The position numbers and the translations under genes are program-made. From sequence record PQ464590.1: a stretch of DNA of 64,000 bases; one strand, 5' to 3'. Position 1 is the stretch's first letter. Each line of letters starts with the position of its first letter. Below the pieces are notes generated by a model. The model ran no database searches. It was not told the origin of the DNA and worked only from the letters and a program-made list of their open reading frames with translations. Shown piece after piece: positions 52,387 to 62,862 of the stretch.

Positions 52387-52704
52387 TTACATATGAGATT
52401 CACAGTACTGAATTAGTGCATCCAGTAGTTCTAAACGCTTCTTACCGAAGTTATTATTCGGTGCGTATTTGTTCAGAAGAAGTTCATACTTGCGTTGTTC
52501 TCCTTCAATTGGGTACGGCTCCCACTTACCATTGATGTGAGTCAATGCATCGACCATGAATTTATCAGTGAGTCGTTTGTTACCTAATCTGAATGCAATA
52601 TTGTAGCAAAGACCTGCATTGGTACGTGTAAACACTGGTTCTTTTCTTTTTAGATCTTCTTTGATTAGGGTTAAGATTTGATGTATTTGGTGGATATAGA
52701 ACAT
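52387..52704 (-). CDS. GIC/YPxEG paralog family protein
   Basis: See paralog finding; promoter TTGACT-17-TATAAT at ~52733-52761. Confidence 0.7.
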   Translation of the reverse strand: MFYIHQIHQILTLIKEDLKRKEPVFTRTNAGLCYNIAFRLGNKRLTDKFMVDALTHINGKWEPYPIEGEQRKYELLLNKYAPNNNFGKKRLELLDALIQYCESHM

Positions 52705-52799
52705 ACTTAGATCCTCTTATTGATTTACAAGGATTATAACTTTCCTCTCTGCGAGAGTCAAGAGAATTTTCACTTCGTTCAATTCTATTTTTTAATTAT

Positions 52800-53285
52800 T
52801 AATCCTGACGAGGTTTGATGAGGAGATTTCTATCCCCCACGAGGGAGGGATGAAGAGTCTGACGCTGGTAGCATCGGAGTACTGTATAGAGAATTGTCTT
52901 ACTAATGTATTGACACGGAAGCGGGTTGCCCTGTTTCTCCCTATCTCTGTTCTTGCAACGGTCGTGATCTTATCACACTTCAGTACTGAACTATACAGTC
53001 AATTCAGTACTGTGTTCGTCAAATTCAGGACGGATCTATAGCCAGCCTCTTTGACGAACTCCCTTGGATATTTGGTAGGAGTTGTCCTATATGTCTATCG
53101 AGGATTCCGTATCATCTTACCAGGAATCTTTATAGTGCCGCATTGCCGTGAGTGGTAGTTAGCCATCTTCTAACGGGTTTCATTTGCACTTCGTTGCGAT
53201 TGCCAACTCATCTACCCTCTACATTTTCGAGTGGATTAGGAACACGTAAACTCCAGCACATTTCTGTACTGGAGCCAATCGGACT
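52800..53285 (-). ncRNA. candidate ~490-nt structured non-coding RNA
   Basis: Promoter (TG-A-TATAAT at ~53293-53301); no minus-strand ORF; several stems of 6-10 bp; more GC-rich than its flanks. Confidence 0.6.
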
Positions 53286-55030
53286 TGTATCTATTATATC
53301 ACATTTTATGGAGTTATCCCAATTATTTTAGGACAACTTCCAATTCAACGATCTCATACTCTTCCAGTGGAACATACAGTACTGGCTCATCGAATGTACC
53401 CGCGAACTCATCATGTGTATGTTTTTGCTTCTCGAACGCAGTGAAAAGTTTTTCAAGTAAATCAGCATGAGGTTGAACATAAATGGTTGTACCTTCGTAC
53501 TGATAGTCTTTGAGATTCTTCTCTTCAACTAGTATGATTACTGCATTGTTACCCCAGTTATCAGTTTCGTACGTTTGGTACATGAAAGTACCTGTGAATT
53601 TATGGCGGAGTGCGAACATGTGTTCCCCTTAGTATTTGTTATCTTGTTTCATCATCTCTGTTAGCTCATCATCCAAGTACTGATTAACACCCAAATACCC
53701 GAATGCAACTGCTTCATCATCTTTGAGGATAGCAGAACTTACTAACTCACCTGAAGTGTACAGTTCATCATAGTTCTGCATAGCCAAGATGTACACATGT
53801 TTCAGTGTACCATCTAATGAAGCAACTAGCCCATTACGTGTTTCATACACTAACTTGTACAGAGGGAGTTTATTGTACTCCAGTACAGTCTTATGCATGT
53901 TTCAGTTCAACGATTTCAAAACCATCGAGGAAGCCCATGTCTACTTCAATGAACCGGATACTACCACCGTCGCCATAGTTGCCAGCTTGGTAAGATGTTA
54001 GAATCTTCTCCAGTACTGAACGATCTGCGTGCACAAATAGAAGTTCATCGCTATCACGATCAAGTGAATGAATAATTTCTTCATAGTAATGATACGGGTA
54101 GTAATGCATGTACTTCTTAGTTTCTGGATTATAGAATGCGAACATATTAGACCTCGAATTTTTTATTCATCAGGAACTTAGTGACATCGTACAGAGTATC
54201 ACGATGAATCATTCCATCCACTTCTAATTGAATACCTTTCAGGAGTCCGTTACGTGCTTCCACGCTAACCTCTTTATCCATGTACTCAATACACTGTTCA
54301 ACTGTACCGTCAAAGTCACGATACGTAATCTCGTATCCAGTACTGACTTCGGTCTTGATACGATACTTCGGTTCAATGTGACCAATCTCTACAATCTTGA
54401 ACCCCTTTAGGAGTTTGATATCACATGGCGTATCCAGATCACCGTAATTGATACTGTGATCAGTAATGGTCAAATCGCGGATACGTAGGATGTTCTCTAG
54501 CGTTGAACGATTTTGGTGCGTGTACAACGTACCACCGATAGTTACGAATGAGTACATTACTTCAGCCTGGTCATAACAATGTTCTTCGTAACCAATTTCT
54601 GCTTCAACGTGTGCGTATTCGTTTGTAGTCGGATTATAGAAAGCAAACATACTTATTCCTCTTTGTATTGCAATGCGGCTTGGGTAAGTGGTGATAATTT
54701 AGTTACAAAATCTTTGAAGTCAGGGTATTCGACAAAAGTCATACTAAATTTCCGCTGCACTACCATGCGTATAAACGCTACCATACCTACAAAACTCACT
54801 TCATCATGAGTACAAACATGACTGAACAGTTCTGCTAACTTAGGCTTGTATTCTTCTCCATCACAATCCCACGTTGCTAACAATTCTTCTGCATCGTTTA
54901 GTACTTTCAACTCCGGTGCATTCAGTGAAGAAAAGTCTTTATCCAGTATAGCATGAGCTTCACTAACTGTAATAGTGTTCAGGTGTACATCACATGGAAT
55001 ATCACGAAACTTCAGTTCATAAGGCACGTG

Positions 55031-55743
55031 TCAATCCTCATCGTATTGTTCTTCTGGAATGTATGAACGTATCTTACCAACAATCCAGATCAATGCCCAG
55101 ATCAATAATATCGGTATACCTACTGAACATAACAAGGACAGAATGAATCCAGTAGGTGATAGCTCTTTGCCAGGCTGAACACCTAAGCCCATCAGATCAC
55201 CAATGACTGCAATGACTGCAACGAACCCAACCATCAGCACGATATCAGCATCACCCGTGATAGCGTACTTATCGGCAGTTCTCCGGCGTTTGAAGAACTT
55301 CAACGTTAGCAGTACTAAAGCGTAAAATGAAATTGTTACGCCAATGTACCATCCAGCGGTGTTGAAGCATTTAGCTAAAAACGAGATTTCGTTCATCATG
55401 ACCCCTGTATTGATTTATACCAACTAGAAAGAGAAACATATAAAGCTGCTTCTGTAATCCAACCAACTAATGCATACAGTACAAGTACTGACGGGAACAG
55501 TTCGTTCGGTGTAGTATACTCTGTAGTGATATCAAAAATACCAACTACACCCAATAGTAAGCCTAAGAATACAAACATACCAAAGGCATCGTTCTCTGCA
55601 ATGAACTTAGGAAGAATACGACGAATGATAATCTTCCGTTTGAAGAACCCAAGAACCATCAGCACTAATGCGTACACTAAAGCTGAGAACATGAACACAT
55701 TACTGATAGTATGAGTAATAGGATTGAAGAAGAATTCAAACAT
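55031..55743 (-). other. two further members of the three-TM membrane paralog family (55031..55399, 55396..55743)
   Basis: LTLKFFKRR and MVLGFFKRK after TM1. Confidence 0.65.
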
Positions 55744-56703
55744 TACAGTACTCCATCAAAAAAGTCTTGAACTTCATCAAAACCAACACAAGTTGGCACA
55801 TAGTCAGATTCGTAGGATACTTCGATATCCTCAATCTCACCTTCGTTGTAGTGCTCGATTGCGGTAGTTTCATTGAAGAAGTCACGGACGTTCTCAAATG
55901 AACCAACACATTCGATATGTTCACCTTCGTAGATGTAACGTAGTACTACATTGTTTTTAATCTTCATCGTCTTCTCCCCATTCATCATCTTCATTCCAAG
56001 GGTTGGTTTCATCCAGTTCTTCATCACACCAGCCATCGCTGTAGTCTTTGCTATTTTTCTGTTTCACACACATTCTCCAGAAATAAAATTTGAGTTATTG
56101 ATATGTGAGTTCATTTTCACGTGCATTTTCGAAACCTTTTGTTTCGTAAGACTGAAACTGAAATGAACAGTACTGTCAGAGTTATAATACCACACTTTGT
56201 TCAGATCACCAACAGTTTTTTCATCCATGAATAAAAATTTATCCGAATTGATTTCAATACTGTCAGGATGTGAATTGTCGAACTTCACTTTGAGTGTTGT
56301 ATTGTGCTCTTTATCAGTGCATGTGTAATTACTTACAGAATTTGCAAATGCTACAGTACTGAACAAGAAACATAATACAACCGCAACGTATTTCATTAGA
56401 AATCCTCATCATCCGAAAAGAAACGTTTGTTCTGCTGAATATCAATCATAATATCAATCTCTTCATCAGAAGTCAACGGGAATAGCTTGTGTTGAATACG
56501 ACGAAGTTCCTGGTAAGAAACATCATCGAAGTAAGAGCGATTCATGATCATGCGAATCACATAATGTTTGTACTGGAATATTAACGATTTGCGATTATGA
56601 ACGAATAAATTCTTAGTCTTATGGATATGAGTAACCATTTTATATCTCCTGTTTTGAAGTCCCATAATACAAAAAGGGCTGACCGAAGTCAACCCTTTTC
56701 TCG

Positions 56704-57513
56704 TTATACTTTACTACCCTTGTTCCACTGGTACATGCCGTTCACCGAGTTCAACCAGAACGTGATCCACATCGCCAGTACTGCGAAGCCTTGTGTTTCA
56801 TGATGCAACACTGCACTAATCCACAACGCGATAGCTACCGTGTTCACCAGAACCCACACGAACCATTGTTCTGCGAAACGCATGACCATCAAGGTTGTAG
56901 CAAGGATACTTAGGATAGCTGTACCTGCATCCAGACCAGGGAATGAACCCTCCAGAAGACGTAGCAACAACGCGTACAGTACGATAGCAACAACTGTACC
57001 AATAGCCACCATCCAGCGAACCTTAGTACTCATGCGTTTCATGATAACGTCAGTACTGTTAGACTTCTTATTCTTGATCCAGTAGTAGTAACCGGAGACT
57101 TGCATTGGTAAGAACAGGATTGCGTAAGTGATTACTTCACCGTACAGTTTGTAATCCAGTGAGATGTACAAGTATAATGCAGTACCCACGAATCCCCAGA
57201 TGTACGAACTAATCTTACCTTTTGCTACCAGAATCGCACCTACAATACTGGTGAATGAACAGATGAACTCAATCCACCCACCTCCCATGATTAGGGATGT
57301 AGCACAGATGATTGCTGGTGCAGTGAACAACCACAAGTATTCACCCTTTGACCAACCTTGAAAGTCAGTCCAACAAGTACTGATAACCTCCTTGAAAGTG
57401 ATCTCTGTACCACTGATACGATAGATGTAGTACCCGCAGATGATACTAAGGAACAGGGCATAACTGTACAGTACTGTTGGTGATATATTCAAGTTACTTA
57501 CTAAGTAGTTCAT
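56704..57513 (-). CDS. pnuC: PnuC nicotinamide riboside transporter
   Basis: Multi-TM; GKISSYIWG, LYGE...Y...P.Q..G.Y.W, FPGLDA..AILSILAT.LM..RFAEQWFVW..VN. Confidence 0.9.
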   Translation of the reverse strand: MNYLVSNLNISPTVLYSYALFLSIICGYYIYRISGTEITFKEVISTCWTDFQGWSKGEYLWLFTAPAIICATSLIMGGGWIEFICSFTSIVGAILVAKGKISSYIWGFVGTALYLYISLDYKLYGEVITYAILFLPMQVSGYYYWIKNKKSNSTDVIMKRMSTKVRWMVAIGTVVAIVLYALLLRLLEGSFPGLDAGTAILSILATTLMVMRFAEQWFVWVLVNTVAIALWISAVLHHETQGFAVLAMWITFWLNSVNGMYQWNKGSKV

Positions 57514-57517
57514 GATG

Positions 57518-58555
57518 TTATCCTTGCAGTTCTTCACGTACTAATTGGATTGCCGATTTCAGGCGTTCGTTGTACGTACCACTGATGAGTTTATATTGTA
57601 CACCAAATTCATTGCATAGACGTTTCAGATGTTCAAACGTGCTTTGGCGTTTATCTGGTGTGTTGTTCAGACGTAGCGGATCATATACCCACGGAACATC
57701 GATGTCAAGCATAATAACCAAATCATAATCTTCAGCTTGAGCCATATCGTACAGAAGGTCCGACCCGAACTTACCAGAACATTCAGCACTGAACAAAGTG
57801 ATAAGGTTATTGGTATCACTGAACAGTACTTTGTTAGCTGTTTTCAGAAGCTTGTGTTCTTTTACTTTATGCTCCATCGCTACGTATTCGTAGTCCTCCA
57901 GAAGCATCATATCTTCTGTGAAGTGGTACTCATCTTCGCAGATAGTACGCCCAACTTCCTCAACGTATTGAGTACCGAAGTGATGGGCGAGATTGATAGT
58001 CATAGTACTCTTGCCAGTACTTTCAACGCCGATAATACAAACCTTCTTCACGAAGTGTTTCTTCGCAGCATTAGCCAGGTAATCCCAATGCTCGTAAGGA
58101 TTGGAACGTACACGAGTGGCACTGATGTTCACGAATGAACGTTTTGGATCAATCAGTACGTGCTGGGAGAAAGGCCAGTACGTTTTGAAATAATCGTTGT
58201 ATTCAGTTTCAGAACTAAACACGTAGTCCACCAAATCCAGGCCGCTTACATCACGTAATGCTTCACGTACAATCGTAGTGAATTGCTTCTGTCCAACTGG
58301 ATATGCAGGTACTGGCGTTTCATCCACGTGAGTAATCTTCACGTGCGGCATGTGCCTGAAAGTATCCTTGAGCCACATCAAGCGATTACGTAAAGTCATA
58401 CGCTTCTGTAGATCATCAGAGAGAGTTCTCTGGAACTTCTCATCCCAACACAGTACTACAATCAGTTCATCTACTGCACCCGCAGCAGAAGTGATTGCTG
58501 ATACATGCCCCGTGGTTAGTGGGGCGAACTTACCAAAGAATAGACCTGTTTTCAT
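57518..58555 (-). CDS. nadR: NadR-like bifunctional NMN adenylyltransferase / ribosylnicotinamide kinase (no HTH domain)
   Basis: GKFAPLTTGH (T/HxxH motif), ISATRVR, P-loop GVESTGKST, EEVGR, DTN, YDL..MLD.DVPWV.DPLR. Confidence 0.92.
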   Translation of the reverse strand: MKTGLFFGKFAPLTTGHVSAITSAAGAVDELIVVLCWDEKFQRTLSDDLQKRMTLRNRLMWLKDTFRHMPHVKITHVDETPVPAYPVGQKQFTTIVREALRDVSGLDLVDYVFSSETEYNDYFKTYWPFSQHVLIDPKRSFVNISATRVRSNPYEHWDYLANAAKKHFVKKVCIIGVESTGKSTMTINLAHHFGTQYVEEVGRTICEDEYHFTEDMMLLEDYEYVAMEHKVKEHKLLKTANKVLFSDTNNLITLFSAECSGKFGSDLLYDMAQAEDYDLVIMLDIDVPWVYDPLRLNNTPDKRQSTFEHLKRLCNEFGVQYKLISGTYNERLKSAIQLVREELQG

Positions 58556-59360
58556 TTCTGTACATTATCCACTAATTTACGAATGAGGTTCATTGCCAGT
58601 TCGGTATCGTGCTGTTGAATAAGGTTCTCGATACGTTCTAGTTCAGCATTCACGTACAGACCTTTCCAATCTGTTTGTGCTTTCTGCTTTTCACCAACTT
58701 CTGGCTTTTCAATATCGAACCAATCTGTCAGTACTTTGAAAGTATCTACAGTGTTATCACACAGTACTGTGGCAGATACAGTTTTGTCCCATTTAGGGTA
58801 CGCTACTAATTCAAAATTACTCTCAGCAAAATCAGAGTACTGACCTTGTAGTGCATTCACTACACGCTTCACTGGACCAGTAATCAGTACTACCTTCGTG
58901 TCTGGATGACGCACTTCAATAACGTAATGATGAGCACGGGAGAGCAGGAATTGCCATGAGTTTGCCCATGAACTTACCAGTACTTTAGCATCGCTATCAA
59001 GTACCTGGAAGAAGTTACTGTTACGTCCCAGATTGTAATGGAACATGTCAATCAGTAACGAATCTGGTGTACCAGAACGGTAGCACTTCTCACCATTTTC
59101 TTTGAATACAATTTTGAAATCGCTCATCTCTTTAAATCCTCGTTTGTTTCTGTTCGTACATAATACAAAAAGGGCTGACCGAAGTCAACCCTTTTCTTTA
59201 AATCTTCACCCATTCATTTTGAAATTCTTCTAGGCTAATATACACTCGTTCATTTGGGATACAGTAGTAATACAGTACATTGCCAGTACTGACCTCGATA
59301 CAGGAACGGATTTTAGCATATCTATTGCCGTTCACGAATGTACCCAGTGATATAGAGTTT

Positions 59361-59894
59361 TTAGTTTTCATTACTATATTCCTCAATCAAACGATCCAGA
59401 AGTTCAATACGCTTCAGGCCGAACTTAGTATTAGCCGCCCACTTCTTAGGATTATTCATGTACCCGACTTTCTTCAGGTCAGTACTTTGACTTTCCTGTT
59501 TACCTTCTACTGGGTACGCTGCCTTGTTACCGAACCATTCATCAAACTTGGTCATCACTGCATCGGATGCATCGATAGTACCCCCGACTGCGATATCAAT
59601 GTTCAGGCAGATACCATGATTCGGTGCTGGAACATAAGGTACTGCATCTTGCAGTTCCTTGAGTTTAGTCAGAAGTACATTCCCTTCGAGTGGGAATTGA
59701 TACTTATAAATCATGCCTAGTACTTGACGAATACTACTACCCACTGAAGGTTCTTCACCTTCTGTTTTACGGATAAGTTGGCTATATTCCAGTACTGTCA
59801 TGTGGTACTTCACAATTTTCAGTTCATGGACAGTACGAATTTCACCATCAAGAACCCATTGAAGGAAGCCACGTTTTAGTGTGTAGTTCAGCAT
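59361..59894 (-). CDS. GIC/YPxEG paralog family protein with N-terminal extension
   Basis: See paralog finding. Confidence 0.7.
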   Translation of the reverse strand: MLNYTLKRGFLQWVLDGEIRTVHELKIVKYHMTVLEYSQLIRKTEGEEPSVGSSIRQVLGMIYKYQFPLEGNVLLTKLKELQDAVPYVPAPNHGICLNIDIAVGGTIDASDAVMTKFDEWFGNKAAYPVEGKQESQSTDLKKVGYMNNPKKWAANTKFGLKRIELLDRLIEEYSNEN

Positions 59895-61077
59895 TATTTG
59901 TCCTCGTAGAACTTTTGAAGTTCATACATAGCCGCATTGTCTTTGTTGATGCGGTCATTGATTTTGGCTTGCTCAATGTAACCGATAGCCCAGTTATACA
60001 ATGCTTCTAGTACTACGTCACTTACGTACATGATACCTTTACCAGAAGTTGGATAAGCTACGCTTAGTACACCACCATGAGTATCGATATTGATAGATAT
60101 TGCACGATACACATTTGAAATAGTGTACACTGAATGATCACGACCACAATCTAATGATGCGTGAAAATCTTCAGGACGAGCCTTTAGTAATTCCAGAAAT
60201 GCTTCAGCAGCTTCGAATTGTCCCATGTTACTCTCCAGTGTTGAATGCAATAATTTCGTTGATAGCGTGCAGTACAGTAATGATGTCATATGACAGTACT
60301 GAACCGGATTGTTTGTGTTGTTCGAGATTGTAAGTACTCAACTTGAATGGTTTTTCCACTACTGCGTCATCTTTGGCATTATAGATAATAACAACACGGT
60401 CATTGTCACGATCCATTTTTATAACCCCACGTGAACTCGCGTATAAACTATAGCTAGGGATCTGGTCGTCATCAACAGTTTGTGCTGGTAAAAATAACAT
60501 AGTATCAGAATCAACACCGATGTGCAATGTGAATGGATTACTGATATGTTTTACCGTTTTACCTTCGAAGAAAGGAAGATTCAAGATGTCCTGTACTAAT
60601 TGCTCGTTCATTGTTTAACCCTCGTTTGTTTATGTTCGTACATAATACAAAAAGGGCTGACCGAAGTCAACCCTTATTTTTTATAGACCACCATTACCTA
60701 CGATAGTGTTCGAATAGAACCCATGACCGTAATAACCATTGTGTGCGTTATACAGGTGCAGGAACGATTCGTAACCATCATCAGTCACCATTCTGAAAAT
60801 CGCGATGCCGCCATCATCCAGTACGTCAACAACCACTTCAGCTACTGACGGATCGAATGTGTACTGCGTGAAATCCACCTCTAATTGGAACATAGGGGAT
60901 TCTTCAATTGCATTGAACTCTGCATCAGTCTTGACCATAACATCAGCCACGAACCATCCAGCAGACTCACAGCATGAAACACTTGTATCATAACCTACAA
61001 ATACATCGTTCTTGTCAATCCAGTTTACTTTATCACCAACTTGTTTGAATAGCATAGTACTCCTATATTCTTATATT

Positions 61078-62778
61078 TTATTTTCCATGAAGTTGATTGT
61101 ATAAATCAATAAATGCCTCTTCATGGTTAGTTAGATTACCACGATCATAGTCTTCTAGACCACTTTCGAAGGACAGCATATTGTGCTCAAGCTCTGAACC
61201 TTCATCTGGATCATATGCTTCAGCGTTATGAATCATTGAGTTTTGTGCTTTAAGGAACTTATAGTAGTTGTCCTTAAGCTGACTCATGTAATGGTTCAGT
61301 GTCTTGTTTATGGAAGCAGGTTTAACACCTTCTTTCTTCATTTCATCAGCAAAGTACTCAAGAAGTTCTTTTAGTTCTTTACCATGACCCTTGGACTTAC
61401 GAAGGATGTCAAGACCAGTTTCGAGATCAGGAGCATCGTATGCTTCTTTGTCACGCTCATAAGCATGTTTAGCACCAGGACTCATTTTGGATACATCAAA
61501 GCCAGTAGACTCTTCTGTACTTTCTGAACCAGAAGATTGTTGTACATCTTCACCATCTTTCAGAATACTAAAGAATGCATCAGCGATGTTAATGAAACGA
61601 GAGTCTTCACCTTCTTCTGAATTGAAATCATTTAGCTTATGCATCGCTAGATCGTACAATGGTTTTGTTTTTTCATTACGTGCAGTCATGTCCATATAAC
61701 TTTGTAACAACCGCAAATCCTTATTATTTTTTGCTAAGTCTGCATATGAATCATAACTGTCTATTGGTGCAGTACCATTAGTTGCAAATGCATTGTTTGT
61801 GATTTTACGAATCCAATCAATAGAACCTTCTTCTGGTTCAGCCTGTGCAGATTGAACTTCTTCTTCATCACTGAAATCTAGTTCATCAGGTACTTCTTCC
61901 TCTTCTTCACGGCCTTTAAGTTCAAAGCCATTCGCTGCTAAGTCATCAGCCGCACTTGCCATCGAACTACGAACTGCACGAACATCGTTAACATCGTCCA
62001 CGTTCTCAATAGCCATATCAATCATGAAGAGTGCCTTATCAGCTTCTTCAAACTGGTTCGCTTGGTCAATCATGGATTGGACAAACTTATCACCTAAGTA
62101 CTCATTAGTCTTACGGAACTCTTCTTCTGTCATGCTTGCAGTACGATCACGTGGCTCCGGTCTAGCTTCTGGTGCAGGTTCATCAACCACATCAAGTTCT
62201 AGATCGTCTTCTTTTCCTGGACCTTCGATAGCACCCATTACAGTACTGAAGACTTCAGTAGGTTCAGTACTACTATTACCTTCCATACTATCAAGTACAC
62301 GCTGTGCAGTATCTTTCATTTGTTCTTTAGGAACAGCTTGAAGTGCCTGAACGATACCCTGAATGAGATTAGGCTTCTGTGCGAAAATCTTCATTAAGCG
62401 GTCTGAAAGCTCCTTCACGGGGTTTTGTGCTTTAGGAGCAGCAGCAGGTTCAGCTTTAGGAGCAGGGGCTTCAGGAGCCTTTGGTGCAGCTTGAGCGGTA
62501 CGTGCAGCATCCATATCTGCTAGCTGTTGTTTCTGGGCTGGATTCAGTAAACCCAAAGAGTTGAAGTACTTCAACTTTTCATGTGGATTCATCTTAGATG
62601 TATCAGTGCCAGCAGATGCAACGGTGTTTGCTTTACCAGCAGCACCAGTACCCTGATTACGGGAACCACGGGAACCTTGACCAGCATCATGTGAGTTTTT
62701 GCGACGGTTTTCATCACTCCACTTAGCTGAGTGACCGGACAGCGTAGCACCGTTCTTGGACTTAAAATTTTCAGGCAT
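61078..62778 (-). CDS. large acidic protein, probably late/virion-associated
   Basis: 566 aa, Glu/Asp-rich with a PAA/PKA linker; TATAAATA at 62816-62823 upstream; GGAGG RBS. Confidence 0.65.
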   Translation of the reverse strand: MPENFKSKNGATLSGHSAKWSDENRRKNSHDAGQGSRGSRNQGTGAAGKANTVASAGTDTSKMNPHEKLKYFNSLGLLNPAQKQQLADMDAARTAQAAPKAPEAPAPKAEPAAAPKAQNPVKELSDRLMKIFAQKPNLIQGIVQALQAVPKEQMKDTAQRVLDSMEGNSSTEPTEVFSTVMGAIEGPGKEDDLELDVVDEPAPEARPEPRDRTASMTEEEFRKTNEYLGDKFVQSMIDQANQFEEADKALFMIDMAIENVDDVNDVRAVRSSMASAADDLAANGFELKGREEEEEVPDELDFSDEEEVQSAQAEPEEGSIDWIRKITNNAFATNGTAPIDSYDSYADLAKNNKDLRLLQSYMDMTARNEKTKPLYDLAMHKLNDFNSEEGEDSRFINIADAFFSILKDGEDVQQSSGSESTEESTGFDVSKMSPGAKHAYERDKEAYDAPDLETGLDILRKSKGHGKELKELLEYFADEMKKEGVKPASINKTLNHYMSQLKDNYYKFLKAQNSMIHNAEAYDPDEGSELEHNMLSFESGLEDYDRGNLTNHEEAFIDLYNQLHGK

Positions 62779-62862
62779 AACGCCTCCTATAATTAATTAC
62801 ATTAAACTATGTGATTATTTATAGCATATCAAAAAGGGCTGACCGAAGTCAACCCCTTGTAC

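Larger units (their letters stand above)
1015..62858 (-). repeat. fused terminator/promoter cassette AAGGGTTGACTTCGGTCAGCCCTTTTTGTATTAT, at least 13 copies
   Basis: Copies near 1015, 2515, 3014, 3986, 5138, 39046, 40103, 42408, 43704, 45585, 46333, 56665, 59160, 60641, 62820. Confidence 0.85.

Noticed and set aside
52850-53041. 63-aa plus-strand ORF as a real gene
   Set aside because: It opposes the local gene direction, has no promoter, and overlaps paired stems better explained as RNA structure.
52800-53285. RNase P RNA, tmRNA or group I intron call
   Set aside because: Only a short AAGTCC..GGCTCCA resemblance to RNase P; no 3' P4 strand, no tRNA-like ends or tag ORF, and no interrupted exon.
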